Source: Gaiellaceae bacterium
GTDB taxonomy: Bacteria > Actinomycetota > Thermoleophilia > Gaiellales > Gaiellaceae
Direction: 5' to 3'
Assembly (NCBI GenBank): GCA_035455605.1
Contig: DATIER010000026.1
Location: 1-37,281 of the forward strand
DNA: 37,281 bases
Part shown: in pieces, positions 22,764 through 29,684 of the stretch
Position numbering within the stretch: position 1 is the first letter of the stretch
Layout of the letters: the number at the start of each line of letters is the position of its first letter
The notes under the pieces: generated by a model
Told to the model about the DNA's origin: nothing
The model's database searches: none
Seen by the model: only the letters and a program-made list of their open reading frames with translations
Made by a program: the position numbers and the translations under genes

Positions 22764-24257
22764 ATGAATCGCCAGCGCCTGCCCGTGGTGCTGTCTGCGG
22801 CGGCTCTTCTGATCGCCCTGCTCAGCGCCACCCCGAACGGGGTCGCCGCGCTCACCGGCGGCGCCGCCCGCGTCGCCCTGTTCGCGAAGAACGCGGCCAA
22901 GGTCGGCGGCATCGCGGCCTCGAAGAAGCCCAGGGCCGGCAAGCTGCTCCCGCTGGGCAAGAACGGCAAGTTTCCGGCGTCGGTGATCCCGCGCGGCGGC
23001 GCGGCCGGACCGGCCGGCCCCGAGGGCGCGCGCGGCCCCGCCGGCCCGATCGGGCCGCAGGGCCAGCAGGGCATCCCCGGCCAGAAGGGCGCCAGGGGCG
23101 CCACCGGCCCAGCCGGGCCGCAGGGCGCGACCGGCCCGCAAGGCTCCGTCGGGCCCCCCGGCGGCTTCGGGCTCCTGAACCTCGCCCGCGCGAACGTCGT
23201 CAGCCGCGCCCTCGCTGCCAACGGCGCCCATTCGTCCGTCGTCGCCGGCGCGGACGGCCTCCCGCTCGTCGCCGTCTTCGCCTCCGGCCCCGACGACCTG
23301 CAGGCGGTGCACTGCGCCGACGCCACGTGCGCCTCGGCGACCACCACGACCCTGGACTCGAGCGGCAACGTCGGCGACTTCCCCTCGGCGACGGTCGGCG
23401 CCGACGGGCTCGGCGTGATCTCGTACGTCGATCTCACGAACGGCACGCTGAAGGTCGCGCACTGCACGAGCCTCGCGTGCACCGCCGCCGGCCTGACCAC
23501 GCCGGACGCCTCGGGCAACGTCGGCGCGCAGACCTCGATCACGGTCGGCACCGACGGCCTGCCGCTGATCAGCTACTACGACGCCGCGAACAAGAACCTC
23601 GTCGTCGCCCACTGCTCGACCCTCGCGTGCTCGAGCGCGACGCCCACGGCGATCGACAGCACCGGTGACGTCGGGCAGGACTCGTCGATCGCGATCGGCG
23701 CCGACGGGCTCGGCCTCGTCAGCTACCGCGACGCGACGAACGGGCACCTCAAGGTCGCGCACTGCGCCGACGTGGCGTGCAGCTCCGCGACCGCGACGAC
23801 GCTCGACTCCGGCACGAGCGTCGGCGGCTCCACCTCTGTCACCGTCGGCGCCGACGGCCGCGGCCTGGTGGGCTACTTCGACAACGGCAACGCGAACCTG
23901 AAGGTCGCCCACTGCTCGGACGTCGCGTGCAGCGCGGCCATGGCCGCGACGGTCGACTCCGCGAGCCTCGTCGGGGAGTACGCGTCGATCTCCGTCGGGA
24001 TCGACGGCCTCGGCGTCGTCTCCTACTGGGACCACTCCGCCGCGCGGAACCTGAAGGTCGCGCACTGCGTCGACGTCGCGTGCTCGGCGGCGACGACGGC
24101 GGTGGTCGACAGCCCCAACGACGTCGGCTCGTTCAGCTCGCTCGCGATCGGCGCCGACGGCCTGCCGCTCGTCACCTACCGCGACGTGACGAGCAACGAC
24201 GTCCGGGTCGCGCACTGCCCGAACGCCTTCTGCGTCGGGTACCTCCGGCGACGCTGA
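22764..24257 (+). CDS. membrane-anchored/secreted collagen-like protein with a C-terminal array of seven 50-aa Cys-pair repeats (predicted beta-propeller)
   Basis: The N-terminal hydrophobic anchor is [17 protein letters not shown]. It is followed by [17 protein letters not shown] and 18 uninterrupted G-X-Y triplets (aa 79-132). Then come 7 repeats of the type DSxGxVGxxxSxxVGADGLxLxSYxDxxNxxLKVAHCxxxxC. Confidence 0.85.
   Translation: MNRQRLPVVLSAAALLIALLSATPNGVAALTGGAARVALFAKNAAKVGGIAASKKPRAGKLLPLGKNGKFPASVIPRGGAAGPAGPEGARGPAGPIGPQGQQGIPGQKGARGATGPAGPQGATGPQGSVGPPGGFGLLNLARANVVSRALAANGAHSSVVAGADGLPLVAVFASGPDDLQAVHCADATCASATTTTLDSSGNVGDFPSATVGADGLGVISYVDLTNGTLKVAHCTSLACTAAGLTTPDASGNVGAQTSITVGTDGLPLISYYDAANKNLVVAHCSTLACSSATPTAIDSTGDVGQDSSIAIGADGLGLVSYRDATNGHLKVAHCADVACSSATATTLDSGTSVGGSTSVTVGADGRGLVGYFDNGNANLKVAHCSDVACSAAMAATVDSASLVGEYASISVGIDGLGVVSYWDHSAARNLKVAHCVDVACSAATTAVVDSPNDVGSFSSLAIGADGLPLVTYRDVTSNDVRVAHCPNAFCVGYLRRR
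22998..23162 (+). repeat. collagen-like G-X-Y triplet repeat (coding)
   Basis: The stretch reads [55 protein letters not shown]. Gly occurs at every third residue without interruption. Confidence 0.9.
23211..24254 (+). repeat. seven tandem repeats of about 150 nt (50 aa), coding
   Basis: The H-C dipeptides fall at aa 183/184, 233/234, 283/284, 333/334, 383/384, 434/435 and 484/485. The period is 50,50,50,50,51,50. Each is followed by a second Cys at exactly C-x4-C. Confidence 0.85.
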
Positions 24258-24320
24258 GCCGTCTGGGGACGGTGCTACGATCGCCGTCCACTTGAGAGAC
24301 GGCAAGAGACAGGTTTCCTC

Positions 24321-24350
24321 GGCCCAGGCGATCCCAGCGCCTGGGCCTTT
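24321..24350 (+). terminator. intrinsic terminator (hairpin plus short T-tract)
   Basis: GGCCCAGGCG-ATCCCAG-CGCCTGGGCC is a perfect 10-bp stem. It is followed by TTTGT. It lies 64 nt after the collagen-like gene's stop and 24 nt before the guaB3 start. Confidence 0.65.
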
Positions 24351-24373
24351 GTGCATCAAGGGGAGGTAGCGGG

Positions 24374-25531
24374 GTGGAGATCGAGATCGGGCGAGGAAAG
24401 AAGGCGCGGCAGGCGTACGGGTTCGACGACATCGCGATCGTGCCGTCGCGGCGCACGCGCGACCCGCAGGACGTCGACATCGGCTGGAAGCTCGGGCCGC
24501 ACCTGCTCGAGCTGCCGCTGCTCGCGTCGGCGATGGACGGGGTCGTCTCGCCGCAGGTGGCGATCAAGCTCGGCGAGCTCGGCGGGCTCGGGGTGCTGAA
24601 CCTCGAGGGCATCTTCACGCGCTACGAGAACCCGGAGCGCGAGCTGGAGAAGATCGCCAAGCTCTCGAAGGAGAAGGCGACGGCGGGCATGCAGGAGATC
24701 TACGCGCGGCCGGTCGAGCCGAAGCTGATCGCGAAGCGGATCGAGCAGATCAAGGCCGCGGGCGTCCTGGCCGCCGGCTCCCTGACCCCGCAGAAGGTGC
24801 GCGACCACTACGAGATCGCGCTCGAGGCGGGGCTCGACGTCCTGGTCATCCAGGGCACGGTCGTCTCGGCCGAGCACGTCTCCTCGAACGGCCACGCGCT
24901 GAACCTGAAGGAGTTCATCTCGGCGCTGCCGATCCCGACCATCGTCGGCGGCTGCGCCTCGTACCAGACGGCGCTCCACCTGATGCGCACCGGCGCGGAG
25001 GGCGTGCTCGTCGGCGTCGGGCCCGGACAGGCGTGCACCACGCGCGGCGTGCTGGGCGTGGGGGTGCCGCAGGCCACGGCGATCGCCGACGCGGCGGCCG
25101 CCCGCGTGCAGCACCTGCTCGAGACCGGCAAGTACGTGAACGTGATCGCGGACGGCGGCATGCGCACCGGCGGCGACATCTCGAAGGCGGTCGCCTGCGG
25201 CGCGGACGCCGTGATGGTCGGCTCGCCGCTCGCGCGGGCGAAGGAGGCGCCGGGCCGCGGCTTCCACTGGGGCATGGCGACGTTCCATCCGACACTCCCG
25301 CGCGGGGCGCGCGTGGCGGTCGAGCAGAACGCGACGCTGGAGGAGATCGTGATCGGCCCGGCCCGCGAGAACGACGGCACGCTCAACCTGATGGGCGCGC
25401 TGCGCACGTCGATGGCGACCTGCGGCTACGAGTCGATCCACGACTTCCAGAAGGCCGAGGTGATGCTCGCTCCGGCGATCAAGACGGAGGGCAAGTCGCT
25501 CCAGCAGGCCCAGCGGATCGGGATGGGGTAG
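24374..25531 (+). CDS. guaB3: GuaB3-type IMP dehydrogenase-related protein (no CBS insert)
   Basis: It begins [36 protein letters not shown]. It has TIM-barrel IMPDH-like motifs ([30 protein letters not shown]). The length and lack of a CBS pair are typical of actinobacterial guaB3. The GTG is preceded by AAGGGGAGG. Confidence 0.85.
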   Translation: MEIEIGRGKKARQAYGFDDIAIVPSRRTRDPQDVDIGWKLGPHLLELPLLASAMDGVVSPQVAIKLGELGGLGVLNLEGIFTRYENPERELEKIAKLSKEKATAGMQEIYARPVEPKLIAKRIEQIKAAGVLAAGSLTPQKVRDHYEIALEAGLDVLVIQGTVVSAEHVSSNGHALNLKEFISALPIPTIVGGCASYQTALHLMRTGAEGVLVGVGPGQACTTRGVLGVGVPQATAIADAAAARVQHLLETGKYVNVIADGGMRTGGDISKAVACGADAVMVGSPLARAKEAPGRGFHWGMATFHPTLPRGARVAVEQNATLEEIVIGPARENDGTLNLMGALRTSMATCGYESIHDFQKAEVMLAPAIKTEGKSLQQAQRIGMG

Positions 25532-27108
25532 TGGCGGAGGTCCTGCCGTTCCCGGAGCCGGAGCCGTCGGCCGAGGACCGGCCCGTGCTCGTGCTCGACT
25601 GCGGCGGCCAGTACGCGCAGCTGATCGCGCGGCGGATCCGGGAGGCGCGGGTGTACTCGGAGCTCGTCCCGCACTCGCTCACGGCGGCGCAGGCGCGGGC
25701 GCGGCGGCCGCGGGCGCTCGTGCTCTCCGGTGGGCCGGCGTCGGTCTACGCACCGGGAGCGCCGCGGGTCGACCCGGAGCTGTTCTCGCTGGGCGTGCCG
25801 ACGCTCGGCATCTGCTACGGGATGCAGCTGATGGCGCAGGAGCTCGGCGGCTCGGTCGAGCGCACCGGCGTCTCGGAGTTCGGCAAGACCGACGTGCGCG
25901 CCGAGCCGGAGAGCGCGTTGTTCGCCGGGTTGCCGGAGGAGCAGGTCGGCTGGATGTCGCACCGCGACTCGGTCGCGGCGCCGCCGGCCGGCGCGCGCGT
26001 GACGGCGGGGTCGCCGGCCGCGCCGATCGCAGCCTTCGAGGACGGCGAGCGCGGGCTCTACGGCGTGCAGTTCCACCCCGAGGTCGTGCACACGCCGCAC
26101 GGGCAGGAGGTGCTGAAGAACTTCCTCTACGGCGTCGCCGACGCGCCCCCCACCTGGACGGCCGCGGCCGTGATCGAGGAGCAGGTCGAGCGGATCCGCG
26201 CGCAGGTCGGCTCGGCGCGCGTGCTGTGCGCCCTGAGCGGCGGCGTCGACTCGGCGGTCGCGGCGCTGCTCGTGCACAAGGCGGTCGGCGACCAGCTGGT
26301 TTGCGTCTTCGTCGACCACGGCCTCTTGCGCAAGGACGAGGCCGCTCAGGTCGTCGAGACGTTCGAGGGGCATTTCCACGTCCCGCTCGTGCACGTCTCC
26401 GCCGAGGAGCGCTTCCTCGCGCGGCTGGACGGCGTCTCCGACCCGGAGCTCAAGCGGAAGGCGGTCGGCGAGGAGTTCATCCGCGTCTTCGAGGAGGAGT
26501 CCCGGCGGCTGGGCGAGGTCAGATACCTGGTGCAGGGCACGCTCTACTCGGACGTGATCGAGTCCGGTGGCGACGCCTCGGTGGCGGCGACGATCAAGTC
26601 GCACCACAACGTCGGCGGCCTGCCCGAGGACATGGAGATGGAGCTGGTCGAGCCGTTGCGGCTGCTGTTCAAGGACGAGGTGCGGCGGGTCGGCGAGGAG
26701 CTCGGGCTGCCGGAGCGGATGGTCTGGCGCCAGCCGTTCCCGGGCCCGGGGCTCGCGATCCGGATCATCGGCGAGGTCACGCGCGAGCGGCTCGAGATCC
26801 TGCGCGAGGCCGACGCGATCCTGCAGGAGGAGATCCGGCGTGCCGGCCTCTACCGCGAGCTGTGGCAGTCGTTCGCGGTGCTGCCTGCGATCCGCTCCGT
26901 GGGCGTGCAGGGCGACGAGCGGACCTACGGCTACCCGGTCGTCGTGCGGGCGGTGACGAGCGACGACGCGATGACGGCCGACTGGGCGCGGCTGCCCTAC
27001 GACCTGCTCGAGACGATCTCGTCCCGGATCGTCAACGAGGTGCCGGCGGTGAACCGCGTCGTGCTCGACATCACCTCGAAGCCGCCGTCGACGATCGAGT
27101 GGGAGTAG
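25531..27108 (+). CDS. guaA: GMP synthase (glutamine-hydrolysing)
   Basis: The GATase domain shows [29 protein letters not shown] and VQFHPEV. The ATP-PPase P-loop is [12 protein letters not shown]. The C-terminus is [12 protein letters not shown]. The GTG start shares 1 nt with the guaB3 stop (TAGTG). Confidence 0.95.
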   Translation: MAEVLPFPEPEPSAEDRPVLVLDCGGQYAQLIARRIREARVYSELVPHSLTAAQARARRPRALVLSGGPASVYAPGAPRVDPELFSLGVPTLGICYGMQLMAQELGGSVERTGVSEFGKTDVRAEPESALFAGLPEEQVGWMSHRDSVAAPPAGARVTAGSPAAPIAAFEDGERGLYGVQFHPEVVHTPHGQEVLKNFLYGVADAPPTWTAAAVIEEQVERIRAQVGSARVLCALSGGVDSAVAALLVHKAVGDQLVCVFVDHGLLRKDEAAQVVETFEGHFHVPLVHVSAEERFLARLDGVSDPELKRKAVGEEFIRVFEEESRRLGEVRYLVQGTLYSDVIESGGDASVAATIKSHHNVGGLPEDMEMELVEPLRLLFKDEVRRVGEELGLPERMVWRQPFPGPGLAIRIIGEVTRERLEILREADAILQEEIRRAGLYRELWQSFAVLPAIRSVGVQGDERTYGYPVVVRAVTSDDAMTADWARLPYDLLETISSRIVNEVPAVNRVVLDITSKPPSTIEWE

Positions 27109-27110
27109 TC

Positions 27111-27123
27111 AGGGACTGTCCCT
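27111..27123. repeat. AGGGACTGTCCCT palindrome (copy 3 of the AGGGACWGTCCCT motif)
   Basis: It is a 6+1+6 perfect palindrome 2 nt after the guaA stop. Like the copy at 16775-16787, it is followed by CG. Confidence 0.6.
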
Positions 27124-27199
27124 CGCGGTTCGCCGTTTCGGACCGGTCGTTCGTGCAGAAGGTGTGACGATTCGTCCACGGTCGGCGTCCTGACGACGG

Positions 27200-28258
27200 C
27201 TACGAGCGAGAATCGAGGCGGGCGCCGACGGCGGGATACCGCTGACGCACTTCGTCGACGTACGCGCTCAGACGGCCGGCCAGCCCGGCGTCGGCGAGCT
27301 CGAGCACGTTCTCGGCGTTCTTCTCGCCGGAGTGCGAAAGGTTGAACGAGCCGACGAAGACCGTCTCGTCCGCGACCACCACCTTCGCGTGCATGAAGTC
27401 GTGCAGGCTGCCCGGCTGCCACGGCTCCGAGCGCTTGCCGGTGAAGTCGCCCGCGAGCACCTGCTCGAGCAGCGGGATCTTCCACGCCACGCTGCCGTTC
27501 TCGTGCCATTGCCTGATCACGTCCTCGACCTGCGTCGCGTCGACGCAGCCGGCCACGTCCCCGCGGCCGTCGGCGATCCGCTGGGCGAGCGTCCCGAGCA
27601 CCGGCGCCGAGGTGATCACCGGCGAGCAGATCCGCACCTTCTGCGCGTGGCCGATCTTCTTGGCGATCCGGTGCGTGAGCGCGTCCGCGAAGCCCGGCGT
27701 GAACCACGGCCGCACCCTCACGCCGTCCACCTCCACCGGGCGCGGCTCGACGAAGCCGCTGCGCTCGACGTCGCCGTCCTGCCACAGCGCGTCGAAGTCG
27801 AGTGTGAACGCCTTCGCCAGCTCCTCCGACTCGACCGTGACGACGACGTTCTCCTGCCGCGACCACGAGTCGTCCGTCCAGTTGGTCGAGCCGGTCCAGA
27901 CGGCCGAGCCGTCGCGGATCACGTACTTGTGGTGCATCAGGTCGGGCACGCCCGCGACCGCCTTCGCCGGCAGCCCGAGCGCCGCGATCAGCTGCACGTC
28001 CGGTTCCGGCGGCGGCGGCACCGGGATCGGGTTCGCGTGGTCGACGTTGTAGAGGATCCGCACGGCGACGCCGCGCGCGTTCGCCGCGCGCAGGGCCCCG
28101 GTCACGATCGGCGCCGTCTCGCCCCCGAGGTTGAAGTCGTACTGCGCGAGGTCGAGCGACCGCTCGGCCGCTCCGAGGAAGGCCGCGACCTCGCGCGCCA
28201 GCTCGACCGGCTGCTGGCCGCCGTCCGTCAGAGTCCGGATGGTGATCGAGGAGCTCAT
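27200..28258 (-). CDS. phospholipase D-superfamily protein with two HKD motifs (PLD/Nuc-like phosphodiesterase), cytoplasmic
   Basis: HKD 1 is [24 protein letters not shown] 2 is [20 protein letters not shown]. There is no signal peptide. ATG at 28258, with an alternative ATG at 28297. Confidence 0.85.
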   Translation of the reverse strand: MSSSITIRTLTDGGQQPVELAREVAAFLGAAERSLDLAQYDFNLGGETAPIVTGALRAANARGVAVRILYNVDHANPIPVPPPPEPDVQLIAALGLPAKAVAGVPDLMHHKYVIRDGSAVWTGSTNWTDDSWSRQENVVVTVESEELAKAFTLDFDALWQDGDVERSGFVEPRPVEVDGVRVRPWFTPGFADALTHRIAKKIGHAQKVRICSPVITSAPVLGTLAQRIADGRGDVAGCVDATQVEDVIRQWHENGSVAWKIPLLEQVLAGDFTGKRSEPWQPGSLHDFMHAKVVVADETVFVGSFNLSHSGEKNAENVLELADAGLAGRLSAYVDEVRQRYPAVGARLDSRS

Positions 28259-28799
28259 CGAGCGCTTGCGCCGTGCCCGGATCGGCGCGACCTTCAACTT
28301 CTATCGCGACGGCGAGCGCGCTGCCGAGCGATGCGAGCGGCTTGCCGCGTACCTCGGCGCCCGGGAGCAGGCGCCCCTCCTGCTCGTCGGCGAGGCCGCG
28401 GGGTACCGCGGCGCCCGCGTCTCGGGCATCCCGTTCACCTCCGAGCGGCAGCTCACGGGCAGCGGCCCGGGCGAGGCGACCGCGACGATCGTGCGGCGGA
28501 CGCTCGCCGAGCTCGGCCTCGAGGAGGAGACGCTCTGCTGGAACGTCGTCCCGACGCACCCGCACCTGCCCCGCCGGCACGACACCAACCGCCGCCCGAC
28601 CCGGGCCGAGATCGAGGCCTCGCGTCCGTTCCTGCGCGAGCTCGCCCGCGGGCGCTCGGTGGTCGCCGTCGGGCGCCTCGCGGAGCGCGTCACGGGTGCG
28701 CCCTACCTCCGGCACCCGAGCCACGGCGGGGCGGCCGAGTTCCGCGCGGGGCTGCTAGCATTCCGGCCCGGCGGACGGCGAGTCTGCCGCTTTTTATGA
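28239..28799 (+). CDS. uracil-DNA glycosylase superfamily protein (family 4/5-like motifs)
   Basis: [23 protein letters not shown] resembles UDG motif A (GEAPG...G.PF). The C-terminal HPSHGG resembles motif B (HPS). ATG at 28239. Its stop overlaps the rplM start (ATGA at 28796-28799). The start is uncertain because it overlaps the divergent PLD start by 20 nt. Confidence 0.65.
   Translation: MVIEELIERLRRARIGATFNFYRDGERAAERCERLAAYLGAREQAPLLLVGEAAGYRGARVSGIPFTSERQLTGSGPGEATATIVRRTLAELGLEEETLCWNVVPTHPHLPRRHDTNRRPTRAEIEASRPFLRELARGRSVVAVGRLAERVTGAPYLRHPSHGGAAEFRAGLLAFRPGGRRVCRFL
28770..28795 (+). promoter_or_regulatory. hairpin plus T5 tract immediately 5' of the rplM start codon (terminator/attenuator-like or leader structure)
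   Basis: GGCGGAC-GGCGA-GTCTGCC is a 7-bp stem with one G.U pair. It is followed by GC and TTTTT (28791-28795), then ATG at 28796. A run of five T is conspicuous in this GC-rich DNA. No purine-rich Shine-Dalgarno sequence is present. Confidence 0.4.
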
Positions 28800-29233
28800 A
28801 CAGGACCTGGAACGCAAAGCCGGGCGAGGTCGAGCGCCGCTGGTACCTCGTCGACGCCGAGGGGAAGACCCTCGGGCGACTGGCGACGCAGATCGCGGAC
28901 ACGCTGCGCGGCAAGGGCAAGCCGCAGTACACGCCGCACGTCGACACGGGCGACTTCGTGGTGGTCGTCAACGCCGAGAAGATCGCCGTCACCGGCAAGA
29001 AGCTCGACGACAAGCTGTACCACCGCCATTCCGGGTACCCGGGCGGGCTGAAGAGCCGGCCGCTCCGCGACGAGCTCGAGCGCCGGCCGACGGAGGTGCT
29101 GCGCAAGGCGGTCAAGGGCATGCTCCCGCGCAACCGGCTCGCGCGCGCGCAGATGCGCAAGCTGAAGATCTACGCCGGCCCCCAGCACCCGCACGAGGCG
29201 CAGGCGCCGCAGGAGCTGGAGCTGAGGACCTGA
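28796..29233 (+). CDS. rplM: 50S ribosomal protein L13
   Basis: The sequence reads [63 protein letters not shown]...[12 protein letters not shown]. Confidence 0.95.
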   Translation: MNRTWNAKPGEVERRWYLVDAEGKTLGRLATQIADTLRGKGKPQYTPHVDTGDFVVVVNAEKIAVTGKKLDDKLYHRHSGYPGGLKSRPLRDELERRPTEVLRKAVKGMLPRNRLARAQMRKLKIYAGPQHPHEAQAPQELELRT

Positions 29234-29628
29234 TGAGCGAGCTGGCGCAGTACAGGGGAACCGGGAAGCGCAAGACCTCGGTCGCGCGCGTGATCCTCCG
29301 GCCCGGCGACGGCACGACCTGGTTCAACGGCCGGACGATCGAGCAGTACTTCCCGCGCGCGACGCACCGCGAGCTGGCGCTGTCGCCGCTCAAGGTCGCG
29401 GGCGCCGAGGGCACGTTCGACGTCCGCGTGCGCGTGCACGGCGGCGGCCCGACGGGCCAGGCGGGCGCCGTCCGCCACGGGATCGCCCGCGCGCTCGTCG
29501 AGGCCGACCCGGAGCTGCGCGTGCCGCTCAAGCGCGCCGGCTTCCTGACGCGCGACGCCCGGATCGTCGAGCGCAAGAAGGCCGGCCTGCACAAGGCGCG
29601 CAAGGCGCCGCAGTTCTCCAAGCGCTAG
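29233..29628 (+). CDS. rpsI: 30S ribosomal protein S9
   Basis: It contains [56 protein letters not shown]. The start shares 1 nt with the rplM stop (TGATG). Confidence 0.95.
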   Translation: MSELAQYRGTGKRKTSVARVILRPGDGTTWFNGRTIEQYFPRATHRELALSPLKVAGAEGTFDVRVRVHGGGPTGQAGAVRHGIARALVEADPELRVPLKRAGFLTRDARIVERKKAGLHKARKAPQFSKR

Positions 29629-29684
29629 CGCCGCCCGGCGGGTTGCGCGCCGCCTTCGCTCTGTCACCATGAGCGCGGGGCACG

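Noticed and set aside
22725-24359. A 544-aa minus-strand ORF antisense to the collagen-like gene. The repeated DNA at 22998-24254 could also be read as a possible CRISPR or non-coding tandem repeat.
   Set aside because: The periodicity is 9 nt (G-X-Y) and then about 150 nt. Conservation is strongest at the protein level in the plus frame (LKVAHC..C, VGADGL). There are no short identical direct repeats separated by unique spacers, so this is not a CRISPR array. The antisense ORF is a shadow of the repeat.
24258-24373. A purine/guanine riboswitch upstream of guaB3-guaA.
   Set aside because: There is no three-way junction with the conserved UAUA...loop-loop motifs and C74-type pocket sequence. 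Only short GCCGTC/GACGG repeats and a terminator are present. These are reported separately as a speculative attenuator.
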